Of a stretch of 64,000 nucleotides of DNA, positions 19,102 through 28,654 are shown in pieces. Each line of letters starts with the position of its first letter. Position 1 is the stretch's first letter. The stretch lies in IMG/VR virus record IMGVR_UViG_3300043077_000092, one strand, 5' to 3'. Origin of the DNA: a virus. Taxonomy: Duplodnaviria > Caudoviricetes. The position numbers and the translations under genes are program-made. The notes under the pieces were generated by a model. That model saw nothing but the letters and a program-made list of their open reading frames with translations. It ran no database searches and was not told where the DNA came from.

Positions 19102-20130
19102 TTATTCGAGTTCTTTATCGTTTGTCGTTATGTCATATCCCGTAATCTTGTACCAGATACCATCTGTTTGATTCAACAATCGGAATGAATACGACAGGTC
19201 AATTATCTCGCACCAATTAAGGAAATATGGAAGTGTCATTTTCTGTTTACTCTTTAATGCACTCTTCATATTGTTGAGTAAGTGCTGAGATGGACTCTTC
19301 TTCCGATATTCCTTTAAATCAATCTTCTTTTGCCAGAGAGCTAACTTAATACCTCTCTTTAATGGGTCTTCATCTTCTGTCAACGGTACTGTAAAGTACT
19401 CAATATCCTCATATGGAATATCTTCCCAAGGATATTCTTCCCTATTGCATAGCACAATCTGAGTTTCCATAGGATGCGGAACATTCGAATCGATGTTATC
19501 AATGATGATATCCCAATCAAGTTCAAACGTATCGCACCATGCCAGAAACTTTAATATTGACATGTTCTTAGTGGCACCGTTTAATGCACTCTTGATGTTA
19601 TCCAACCCATGTTTCTTAGCAAACTGTCCCCGATACTCATTGAGTACAGGTTTCATGTGACGAATCATCATCTTGACAATCCTCTCAAGTGGGTCATCGT
19701 CAGGTTCAATGTCTGGCATATATATCTCACCAATCGGAACAATCTTGATGTTGCCAGACCGAATAATATTCTTATTCGCTTTGTAATTCTTCGCATACTT
19801 ATGCATCATATCTTCGAAAGAATCTTCCCCATTAATCCTTTCTTCATATTGATGCCTCGTTGTAATGAATTGTTTATTGTAAGATTCGATATCTGTCTCC
19901 GTATGTGGGTTCAGATAATATACACCACCGAACTTACCAATTGTACCCGGCTCTAAGTTTTTCATAGTAGCATCAGGTACATACCGATAGATATAATCAC
20001 CTATCAAGTAAAAGTGATTCTCGTCTAATTTAGGTCGACCAGACGAAAAGTCGTCATGTGTTAATTCTGTTACAGGAAGAATTAAATCTCTCCTTGGGTC
20101 ACAGAAAATAGCATCATTTTCAAGTATCAT
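19102..20130 (-). CDS. Putative DNA-binding protein with two tandem HTH-like repeats
   Basis: DDDPLERIVK...LDNIKSAL...MSILKFLAWC and DEDPLKRGIK...LNNMKSAL...MTLPYFLNWC; start MILEND (20130). Confidence 0.55.
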   Translation of the reverse strand: MILENDAIFCDPRRDLILPVTELTHDDFSSGRPKLDENHFYLIGDYIYRYVPDATMKNLEPGTIGKFGGVYYLNPHTETDIESYNKQFITTRHQYEERINGEDSFEDMMHKYAKNYKANKNIIRSGNIKIVPIGEIYMPDIEPDDDPLERIVKMMIRHMKPVLNEYRGQFAKKHGLDNIKSALNGATKNMSILKFLAWCDTFELDWDIIIDNIDSNVPHPMETQIVLCNREEYPWEDIPYEDIEYFTVPLTEDEDPLKRGIKLALWQKKIDLKEYRKKSPSQHLLNNMKSALKSKQKMTLPYFLNWCEIIDLSYSFRLLNQTDGIWYKITGYDITTNDKELE

Positions 20131-20131
20131 G

Positions 20132-20470
20132 TTATCCCTCCTCTGCGGGTTTCTCCGTTGATTCTTCTTCATTCGGAGTATCAGCCTCACTCGGTGCTGA
20201 TTTATCTTTCTCTTTGGTTTTGTTTACGAAGTCTTCAATCCCGGTCAACAGCGTACCATACATAGTAGTTATCTGCTCAATATGGTTATCAATCAGAGCG
20301 TTGGCTGTTCCTGCGTCATGATATTCCTTCCAAACACCACCAATTACTGCTAACTCCTTAAGTAATATAGTATTATAATCCTTTAAAATGTTTCCAGTTA
20401 AAGGTGGTAAACTCATCACCTCATCGATCATGGCTTTGAATTTCTCTTCATCAAAAACTGTCTTTTCCAT
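20132..20470 (-). CDS. Hypothetical protein
   Basis: RBS; tightly packed in operon. Confidence 0.6.
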   Translation of the reverse strand: MEKTVFDEEKFKAMIDEVMSLPPLTGNILKDYNTILLKELAVIGGVWKEYHDAGTANALIDNHIEQITTMYGTLLTGIEDFVNKTKEKDKSAPSEADTPNEEESTEKPAEEG

Positions 20471-20488
20471 ATTTCTATCAGTCCTTTC

Positions 20489-21229
20489 TTATTCTAAGTC
20501 GTCTAATGTTTTTGGTAACTCCCATTTTGGGGGAGTCTTTACGTATTCTTTCCTATCCTCACTGAATATACTCTTTCCAGTTGAGGTATAATTTGTATTG
20601 GTTCTTGGAGGTCTTCTACTCTCCAAATCCTGCATTGTCTGTTCTACTGGCGTTTTACGCATTCCAATATATGATTGCAATAAGGTAATCCCAGCTTGAT
20701 ATAGGTCTATATGATCAAATAAATCATATATTCCCTCAAACTCATCGATTGTAAGGTCTACTTGATTTTCCTCTCTATTGATTGTCAAGTTTACTCCGGG
20801 GTATATATTGTTTTGTCTATCTCTTATGATAGTTGGAGATAGTCTTAACATTTGTCCCATTCCAAAAGAAATAATCACCCTATCAGAATTGTCCATGACA
20901 ACTTCTGTAATCCTCCCAAGATTATCATAACGATACAAATCGTCTCTTTGAAATATCCTATAGAACTTCTTTAATCCAAGTCTAAGTTGGAATATATTCC
21001 TTTGATTGATAACGATTTGATGATGTTTATCCCATGGGATATCCTTTGGAGTGTATCTGATTGTGATGTGTGATTTTGGATTCACACTAAAGAAATCACC
21101 CTTCTCGTTCGAATACTTTGAAAACGCATAATTCCCATTACTGCTAATTGATACAGTAAGTAGAATTTTCAATACAGGATCATTCGTCGGGACGGGTTCA
21201 TATAATTGACTACTAATTGATTGATTCAT
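20489..21229 (-). CDS. Hypothetical protein
   Basis: 246 aa, AAGGAGG RBS. Confidence 0.65.
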   Translation of the reverse strand: MNQSISSQLYEPVPTNDPVLKILLTVSISSNGNYAFSKYSNEKGDFFSVNPKSHITIRYTPKDIPWDKHHQIVINQRNIFQLRLGLKKFYRIFQRDDLYRYDNLGRITEVVMDNSDRVIISFGMGQMLRLSPTIIRDRQNNIYPGVNLTINREENQVDLTIDEFEGIYDLFDHIDLYQAGITLLQSYIGMRKTPVEQTMQDLESRRPPRTNTNYTSTGKSIFSEDRKEYVKTPPKWELPKTLDDLE

Positions 21230-21254
21230 TACCGCATCCCTCCTTTGAATTTCT

Positions 21255-21584
21255 TTATGAATGATGCTTGCTAAATAATTTCGTAATACTATGTAAACCT
21301 CTCTGTTGTCTTGGAGTAATTTTATCAGTATTACAGCGTTTTGCTAAGTTAAATCCCCAACTAAGATTACTATCAGCTCTTTCTGCTGGGTCCATACTCA
21401 TTAGAACTCTATCGAGCCTATCAATCTCGGTATTCTTTGGTATCTCTACCGGTTCATCCCAAGGGACATTGCACCAATGATTTTTGAATACTCCGAGAAA
21501 TATCTGACAGTCTTTCATATTACGAAAGTAGAACGCATCACTCGATAAACTTCTATACTGTTCCTTTACAGTCAACTTGACCAA
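21255..21584 (-). CDS. Hypothetical protein
   Basis: TTG start with AAGGA RBS; TATATTA at 21657-21663 upstream. Confidence 0.55.
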   Translation of the reverse strand: MVKLTVKEQYRSLSSDAFYFRNMKDCQIFLGVFKNHWCNVPWDEPVEIPKNTEIDRLDRVLMSMDPAERADSNLSWGFNLAKRCNTDKITPRQQRGLHSITKLFSKHHS

Positions 21585-21666
21585 TTTAGGTCACATCCTT
21601 TCTAGTCATTCCATTGCAGGCTAAGACATCTTTTATCTTAGCCTGCTATATAGTCTTAATATATAA

Positions 21667-23304
21667 TTATTCTTTAACTGAGTTAATCGAAATATTATCG
21701 ATAAATTCCAAAGTGTTGTTAAACTTCACAGGGTCAATCATAATGCAATCATCAGCCTGATCGTTTGTGATAACTCCAGTCTCAACCATGAGATTAAAGA
21801 ATGCATCTTCAGGTTCTGGTGGTGCCCCTTTGAAAAATAATCCATCAGTCTCGCATAACGGATTTATATAATTCGTGATACCCGGGTCTGACGCACTACA
21901 AGTATCCAGTCCCAATATACCAATATGAGATGGATGAAGTGCTCTTTGTCTTGCCGCAATATTTCTTGAGTTCTTATTACCCAAAGAGTTTGGTCCTTTC
22001 ATGGTAACCTTAAACTTCTGGAAGAAATTCATGTCATTTACAAGGTCATCATACTTCATAAGACCGGACGTGTGTATCTTTGATATAACTTCATTCCCTT
22101 TAAATGAGAAGAAGTTCTTATATTTCGTAATTAACGCATCTTTTGTGATTGCAGTCGTATTGACAAACTTCTTGATATGGTCGGATATAATGAGGTTTAC
22201 AGAGAAACCAATATACTGGTTACAACGTAATCTCTTATAAAGAATATCCATATTATCCTTTGACCGAAGTTCATCATAGTTCTGACAAATCCAACGAATG
22301 ATGTTATAGATCGTATCCTTATTATGAGTGGTGGTACGAAGTGTCTCTCTGGAAGACTTATCCTGCATTCTGGTAAACAATGTCTGATATCTCTTACCTA
22401 ACTCATAATGAGCCTCTTTCTTTGCAGTCTTCTTCGTTGCACCAATCTTTGTAATCCATGCGTCCTTATCCTCTAATTCTTCAAATGAGGTTCTTGGCTG
22501 TATGGTTTCAACAATAGTACCAACGATGTTACGAATATACTCGGATGCAAAGAATGCCGCACGGTTTACTTCAATCACGATACTCTTATTACACTCGATA
22601 TAAATCGCATATGGCAATTTACCATTCTCTACAATTTCACTTGTAGGTAACACTGAAACGAACTGTCCTACATTGAAATACTCTAAGGTATCATTGACAC
22701 CCATCTTCGCAAAATAATACAGGAATATATTCACGAATTCATCCATCATATATGCATGGAACGAATGTACGTTGTAGAGGTCTCCTGTATCTGTCCGAAT
22801 TTCTAAAGCCTGTTTCTTTACACGGATAGGCATCAGGGACTTCATAACAAGGTTACTTGAAGTAACATATGTTGATGTCTCTGTCAACTGATATTGTGGA
22901 GTATAACTAACTCCCTTGAGTAACAATTTACCATGTTCATCGGGAATCGGAATCAACTCCCTAATGGTATAATCCAAATCAACTGGACTACCTTCAAACT
23001 CATCTGAGACATGGAATCTCATGATAAGTTCACCGACTCTGCTCTGCTCTACATGAACGAACTTCTGTTTCTTGTCTGCCTGTTTTCTGCTACGAGTTCT
23101 CTCATAGGAACTCATCTCCATCTTGTCAACATCAATGATGAATTTACTGTCAATAAACGTAATTGTATCAATTACGTCGTGAATTGAAGAGAAACAATCC
23201 ACTACATACTCTTCAATAGGCTTCTCAAATTCTCGATTCATGAGTGGCTTATTAATCCGACTCTCGTCAGGATTTTTATAATGCTCATAAATTCTGTGAA
23301 TCAT
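21667..23304 (-). CDS. rpoB: Phage multisubunit RNA polymerase, beta-subunit N-terminal part (probably non-virion RNAP)
   Basis: KVTMKGPNSLG...RALHPSHIGILGLDTCSASDPG matches beta fork-loop region ([23 protein letters not shown]); N-terminal LIPIPDEHGKLLLKG like beta region B. Confidence 0.85.
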   Translation of the reverse strand: MIHRIYEHYKNPDESRINKPLMNREFEKPIEEYVVDCFSSIHDVIDTITFIDSKFIIDVDKMEMSSYERTRSRKQADKKQKFVHVEQSRVGELIMRFHVSDEFEGSPVDLDYTIRELIPIPDEHGKLLLKGVSYTPQYQLTETSTYVTSSNLVMKSLMPIRVKKQALEIRTDTGDLYNVHSFHAYMMDEFVNIFLYYFAKMGVNDTLEYFNVGQFVSVLPTSEIVENGKLPYAIYIECNKSIVIEVNRAAFFASEYIRNIVGTIVETIQPRTSFEELEDKDAWITKIGATKKTAKKEAHYELGKRYQTLFTRMQDKSSRETLRTTTHNKDTIYNIIRWICQNYDELRSKDNMDILYKRLRCNQYIGFSVNLIISDHIKKFVNTTAITKDALITKYKNFFSFKGNEVISKIHTSGLMKYDDLVNDMNFFQKFKVTMKGPNSLGNKNSRNIAARQRALHPSHIGILGLDTCSASDPGITNYINPLCETDGLFFKGAPPEPEDAFFNLMVETGVITNDQADDCIMIDPVKFNNTLEFIDNISINSVKE

Positions 23305-23373
23305 GCTACTGTCCTCCTATAACTAAAAAAGATACCGGAACGAATTTCCAGTATCTTTTTTTTATTAACGCCT

Positions 23374-23658
23374 TTACTGCGTCTTGACGCAAGGATAATC
23401 ATTCTTCTTTGCATCTTCTACCTTCGTGATCAATTTGATAGGTATCTCTGTAGGACCACCATTCTTGTTATCCTTATCTCTTGGTGCGATTACACGAATA
23501 CAATCGCCCATGTGGTTCAACCCAACTAGTCGAACCTCTTTGTACTCTACTACCTTGCCGTTTACCTTGGTGGTTACGTTAATGATTCCGTCACTCTCAA
23601 CTATATACTTCGTTCCGGTAACGGATTTAAACGTAGCCCCTACGCCTCTGTATGGCAT
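23374..23658 (-). CDS. Small basic beta-rich hypothetical protein
   Basis: Start MPYRGV (23658) behind AAGGAG. Confidence 0.6.
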   Translation of the reverse strand: MPYRGVGATFKSVTGTKYIVESDGIINVTTKVNGKVVEYKEVRLVGLNHMGDCIRVIAPRDKDNKNGGPTEIPIKLITKVEDAKKNDYPCVKTQ

Positions 23659-23724
23659 TGATATCATCTCCTTTCTTTCAAATCTGTGCGGAGTAGTTTC
23701 TCCCCGCACAGACTGAAATCGGTC

Positions 23725-24420
23725 TTATTTCAAGTTATAATATATTTTCTCGCCACCGTTTGCTTTTGATGATATGATAACCTCTGTCATCTGAAGTGAT
23801 AAATCTTCGAATACGACAGGAATCATCTCATTGATTTCATAAAGCAACGGGATTGCAACTTCTCTCATCTGAGGATGGGGTTTACCTGTTGTACCGACTG
23901 CTCTTAACTCAAAGAAATGTCTCCATTCTCTTAAGTTTGCAGTCACTACGATATCAGCCTTTGTTGACTGAGGAAGAATAGCTCTCGCTTCCTGAGGGAT
24001 GCGACCGGCGTTTAACATCTCGACATACTTATCGCTTGCGTTCTGACAAGACTCATACCAAATCTTGTATTCAGGAGAATTTTCATCCTCTAAGTAACAT
24101 GGTCGAATAACGGTAATCCCGCCATCCTTTGTACCATAGTTACAATACCGAGTTGACTCCTGTGCAAATGAAGCGATACGATGTCTTACGATTTCATGAG
24201 TAACACCTCTGTCGACTGTGAAGAGAACGCTAAACGAATAGTGTTCCAACATGGCAAGGTGCCCTGATTTAATCAGGGCACGGATCATCTTTTCAGCCGT
24301 TCCTTCTCCAATCTTTCCTTCGCTCTTGTAGCAAACTCTTGCCACTCTCTCGATTTTCCTAAGTACAGATTCTCCGTCGATTGTATCGAGGATTTGATAA
24401 CCTGCATTTACGATGTTCAT
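23725..24420 (-). CDS. thyX: Flavin-dependent thymidylate synthase ThyX
   Basis: RHRIASFAQESTRY ThyX motif; GHLAMLEH; EARAILP; NLREWRHFFELR. Confidence 0.97.
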   Translation of the reverse strand: MNIVNAGYQILDTIDGESVLRKIERVARVCYKSEGKIGEGTAEKMIRALIKSGHLAMLEHYSFSVLFTVDRGVTHEIVRHRIASFAQESTRYCNYGTKDGGITVIRPCYLEDENSPEYKIWYESCQNASDKYVEMLNAGRIPQEARAILPQSTKADIVVTANLREWRHFFELRAVGTTGKPHPQMREVAIPLLYEINEMIPVVFEDLSLQMTEVIISSKANGGEKIYYNLK

Positions 24421-24447
24421 AATGTTGAACCTCCTTTAAAATATATT

Positions 24448-25233
24448 TTACTGCAATTCGGTGATATCATCACCCTTTGCATTATCCTTCTTGAAAATCT
24501 GGTTCGGTGTGATACTGAGAATATAATCCACCGGATCTCCTTCTTCCATTCCACCCTCTTTGGTAATCGCAATCTTAATCAAATCGGCAAAGTTAATCTC
24601 AACGCCGATTTCACCGTCATCTTTGTGCTTAAGTAACCAATCCTTGGTCTTTCTGAAGAATGCTACGAATACAAGCGGAATAATCCACCATTCATCCATA
24701 AGGATGATTCCATAGTTGTCCAGTTCCTTAATCGCAATCTGACTGATGTCCTTAATCGTCTCACGATCATCATAGAACTGAATTGGAAGTCCCGGGCATT
24801 TCTCCTCTTCCATAGTTCTCGCAATATCCACGGGAACTTCATCACGATAAGGAAGAGATGCATTCTCATACTTGAACTCAGAACGGCACCTGATGATTGG
24901 AGTTAAGTTACCAGCTTTGTCTCCATCGGAAGTTGCCATATACTGGATGCCGATTTCCATAATATCACCGAGTACTAAAGAAGACTCGCCATTCTTCATC
25001 GCATCAGTCTTACTGAGCTTTGTGAACGATGCATGGATGAACTCGATGACAATTCTTGGGATTGCTTCCCAAATCTTGATTCGCTTTACATCCGGATTTA
25101 ACTCAACCATATAATCCTGAGTAAGCTGAGCAATCTCACGAATCTCCTTTCTGTTGTCTGAAATATCCAACAACGGATACTTCCTTTCCCGCTCGATAGC
25201 GGACTGTTTGATTTGTTCTTCTAATTGAGTCAT
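24448..25233 (-). CDS. Putative tandem HU/IHF-like DNA-binding protein
   Basis: Two repeats of helix-helix-beta-beta-(short arm)-beta-helix; C-terminal ITPNQIFKKDNAK resembles HU FKPGKALKDAVK; start MTQLEE (25233). Confidence 0.45.
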   Translation of the reverse strand: MTQLEEQIKQSAIERERKYPLLDISDNRKEIREIAQLTQDYMVELNPDVKRIKIWEAIPRIVIEFIHASFTKLSKTDAMKNGESSLVLGDIMEIGIQYMATSDGDKAGNLTPIIRCRSEFKYENASLPYRDEVPVDIARTMEEEKCPGLPIQFYDDRETIKDISQIAIKELDNYGIILMDEWWIIPLVFVAFFRKTKDWLLKHKDDGEIGVEINFADLIKIAITKEGGMEEGDPVDYILSITPNQIFKKDNAKGDDITELQ

Positions 25234-25286
25234 GATAGAAAACCTCCTGTAATTCTTTGTATGTTGTTTTGCGTAATGCACTTCTT

Positions 25287-25293
25287 TAATATA
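25287..25293 (-). promoter_or_regulatory. Putative early promoter TATATTA
   Basis: TATATTAAAG upstream of the HU-like/thyX unit. Confidence 0.6.
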
Positions 25294-25349
25294 TGAATAT
25301 TACGGTTATTGGTTTGTTAAAGAACCAATGAAATCTTAACAGATATCCT

Positions 25350-26252
25350 CTATTTATCCGTTGGAGATAGTATAGCCGTTGTTAGCAATTCATACCATAT
25401 CTCTGGCTCTACTGTAAAGTCCATAATTCGGATATCGTCTATATCTATAGTTGAATCAATACTACGTAATCTTGCATCAACTGTTGGTACTAAGTATTCT
25501 GGTAAATGCTTTTCATGAAAGTTCGGAGCACATCGAATCATGTACTTCTTTAAACACTCTGGATCGCTTGGTTGCCTTATCGTATTTGCAATGACGTTAG
25601 CACTAAAGCTTATAAATAAATCCATTGACATTAGGAAATACTTGTCAGTGACAACGTGTCTATCTAAGCATAAACAAATCTCACCGCTTGTCTTACTAAA
25701 CGATGATGCCATTTGGAGCCAGTTGGTCAATCTCCCAACCAATACCATAAGGTTGGTCACACTACATAAATCATATGGTGATAGATGTTCAACTGGCATT
25801 AACCCCTTGTCATTGTTCATTGCTAATTTGAGCCACCCTAATTCGATTAATGGAACGAGTTCATGTTTACAGAACTCGTATAACTCTTCGGCGGTTCCGC
25901 TGTATGCAATCGATTGAACGGTAGCGGCATCAATAATAACGGCAGGAAACCCATATGCATCAACGTGAGAATATTCGTACTTAACATCTCTAATACGAAT
26001 TTCAACTACATGGATTGTATAGAATGCCTCTGTTTCCTCATCATACATAAGTAACTCTAAGGGCATTGTACCGTTACCAAGTAGGATTTTGATGAATACC
26101 TCCTGAAAGTAACCTATTGTGAGATTGTCTCTCATGAAGGTATTCTTTACAAATGAATAGCACTGAGCAACCAACGCCATAAGAGGATATCGTATTGATT
26201 CTTGTCCCTTTTTTTGAAGTCTCTTTATGTCGTCTTTATCCATTTCAATCAC
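25350..26252 (-). CDS. Hypothetical protein
   Basis: 300 aa ORF overlapping the ligase stop. Confidence 0.6.
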   Translation of the reverse strand: MIEMDKDDIKRLQKKGQESIRYPLMALVAQCYSFVKNTFMRDNLTIGYFQEVFIKILLGNGTMPLELLMYDEETEAFYTIHVVEIRIRDVKYEYSHVDAYGFPAVIIDAATVQSIAYSGTAEELYEFCKHELVPLIELGWLKLAMNNDKGLMPVEHLSPYDLCSVTNLMVLVGRLTNWLQMASSFSKTSGEICLCLDRHVVTDKYFLMSMDLFISFSANVIANTIRQPSDPECLKKYMIRCAPNFHEKHLPEYLVPTVDARLRSIDSTIDIDDIRIMDFTVEPEIWYELLTTAILSPTDK

Positions 26253-28521
26253 CCTTATACCCCCATTTGATTTTTGCCTCTTTAAGTTTTATCATGGGAG
26301 TATTCCATTTCTCTGCTTTTACCATTTTTGTAGATGGTTTCTCCATTCTTAAATCTGGTACAATCAAATATTCAGTTGATTTTGTGAAGGTATCATTAAC
26401 TTTAACTCCTATGGAATCTAAGAACTTTTCAAATTCCTCTGTATCATGAGTTGATGTAAAACATACAGAAGTTGTATACTTATCTTCCTCTGACTCATAC
26501 TGTCTGATATCTACATTACAACAGATATCTTCAATCAATGGTGTTTTCTTCTTAATACCTTCAATGATTGCACTTGCAGATTTAGGACCGATACCACCTA
26601 TCGAACACATCGGGATATAGAGTTCATCTAAGTTATCTAAATTTCCGATGATATTGAGCTTTCTACATACCTTCTCCATTGTCTTCAATCCAACTCCCGG
26701 AATACCAATACTTCCAAGAATCTGATGTTGATACAGAGACTTTGCCTCTGAAATCCCACTTAGGATTTTATCTACAGAAGTTTCACCCCAGCGTTCGAGC
26801 TTGCACATTTCATCTCTATGAAGATAAAGTCTATATAAATCTCCAATACCATTTAGCAGTCCTACATCGACTAACTGGACAACCTTTTCTATACCAAGTC
26901 CGCCTTTAATATTAAGCCGACCAATATAGTTTAAGATGTGACCAACTACTTTCGACGGACAATCAGGGTTGATACAAACCTCATCCTTTACAATACCTCC
27001 ACAAACTGGACACTCTGTTGGGAATTCAATCAGTGGATTATCTGTTTCTTTACAATCCTTTGATTTGAATATAGATGGTATGATATCATACCTTATAAGA
27101 ACTTCATCACCTTTATGCAAATGAAGTCTCTCAAGCTTTGCCTGATTTGATACCGTTACATTAGATATCGTATTCCCATTAATCACAATTGGTTTCAATC
27201 TTGCTACTGGAGTTAATCTTCCAACAATTGGACCAACTTGGAAATCAACATCTTCGATTGTAGTCTTCTCTTCCCCAGCAGGAAACTTAAATGCGACTTG
27301 GAACATATTCTTGTTATCTTTACGTCCAAGTACATTAATGAACGACTGATCGAGAATCGTAATAACAGCCCCATCACATGGAATACTCCAAGTATCTGCA
27401 AGTGTTCTGGTAAGTTCAATCTCTTTTCCCAGATATTTCACACAACTCTCAATGTCTGTCAAATCAATCGTATCCTCTCCTTCTGTATAGATATAATTGT
27501 AATGACCATTGAACTTTCCGATTGAATGCCAATCTTTCTCGACCGTTTCATCATCTAACTCAATTTCTTTTGACGTAGCAATCTGGAAACTCTGCATACG
27601 AAGAAACTGTACTTGTTTCTTATAGAATTCGTCTGGCTCTTCTGAATCTGGAACCTGATTACAAATAGACATAACAGCAGATCTTCTATTACATCTATTG
27701 AGGTTATATTCTTCCTTAAATAAATTGAACCTTTGTGAAGTCATGAATGTTTCTACTTTGATACCATAATCCAGCCCATCCTCCCAAATAGATGCGGGAA
27801 GTTTATCAAGCTTCATATTGGATGCCATTGAATTGGTCTTTATACCTTTCTCATCTTCATTTGGGAAGAACCTTGAGAACAGAGGAGTCAAATCTTTTCC
27901 AAGATTGTTATAAACGTCTCCTCTAGTTAATACGTGTTGGAACTCTTTTCCTGAACCCTCAATGATATGAGATACTCCGTCATACTTGATATCAACACTG
28001 ATTGGCACTTTGGTAAGGTCAACATTATCACCAGATGCTTTCATCTGTCTAACGACGTTATTCAAATACCACTCCAGAGATTTTCTAGTGTCTTTCTTAG
28101 GTATTTCGGTATCCCATAAGAAATGTACCTTTGCTAAAGAACCTCTAAGCTCTGGATACTTATGAGGTCTCGTATCAATTCCAATAATTACCGATGTCGG
28201 GGAGCCAATTGGTTGAGCTTCTCCGACATTAATCATTCGTTCTACGAGTTTATCATATAACTCATCTGAGATTATTGCTGGTATATCCATTTCGTTTTCT
28301 ACGTAGGAACAGATTTCAACAAACCAGCTAATCATTTCATTATACAGCACCCCCTTCTTATTCTGGGGGAGAACGTCTTCATCCAGTAGGGATTCACCAA
28401 TTTCTTCAGCATCATTTGCAAGCGACAGTACCTGTTGCTCAACAACATCACTGAGTTTATTGGTGATACAGAGATGAATACTAGATACTGTATCAATCAT
28501 CTTTTCAGTTATCATAATCAC
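26245..28521 (-). CDS. ligA: NAD-dependent DNA ligase
   Basis: ISDELYDKL, KYDG adenylation motif, TRGD, DGAVI, VAFKFP, GRLTPVA, CPVC...C...C zinc finger, HhH and BRCT-like tail; TATATTA at 28552-28558. Confidence 0.95.
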   Translation of the reverse strand: MIMITEKMIDTVSSIHLCITNKLSDVVEQQVLSLANDAEEIGESLLDEDVLPQNKKGVLYNEMISWFVEICSYVENEMDIPAIISDELYDKLVERMINVGEAQPIGSPTSVIIGIDTRPHKYPELRGSLAKVHFLWDTEIPKKDTRKSLEWYLNNVVRQMKASGDNVDLTKVPISVDIKYDGVSHIIEGSGKEFQHVLTRGDVYNNLGKDLTPLFSRFFPNEDEKGIKTNSMASNMKLDKLPASIWEDGLDYGIKVETFMTSQRFNLFKEEYNLNRCNRRSAVMSICNQVPDSEEPDEFYKKQVQFLRMQSFQIATSKEIELDDETVEKDWHSIGKFNGHYNYIYTEGEDTIDLTDIESCVKYLGKEIELTRTLADTWSIPCDGAVITILDQSFINVLGRKDNKNMFQVAFKFPAGEEKTTIEDVDFQVGPIVGRLTPVARLKPIVINGNTISNVTVSNQAKLERLHLHKGDEVLIRYDIIPSIFKSKDCKETDNPLIEFPTECPVCGGIVKDEVCINPDCPSKVVGHILNYIGRLNIKGGLGIEKVVQLVDVGLLNGIGDLYRLYLHRDEMCKLERWGETSVDKILSGISEAKSLYQHQILGSIGIPGVGLKTMEKVCRKLNIIGNLDNLDELYIPMCSIGGIGPKSASAIIEGIKKKTPLIEDICCNVDIRQYESEEDKYTTSVCFTSTHDTEEFEKFLDSIGVKVNDTFTKSTEYLIVPDLRMEKPSTKMVKAEKWNTPMIKLKEAKIKWGYKGD

Positions 28522-28595
28522 TTATTCCTCCTTATTCTTATGTCAAAGGCTTAATATATATCTAAAAGCGTGCATCCGCAATCCAAACGAATGCA

Positions 28596-28631
28596 AAAAA
28601 GAAACAGGTGTGAAGAACCACCTGTTTCTTT
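28596..28631. terminator. Intrinsic terminator
   Basis: AAAGAAACAGGTG / CACCTGTTTCTTT. Confidence 0.75.
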
Positions 28632-28654
28632 ATAATCCCATAACGAGGATTTTA

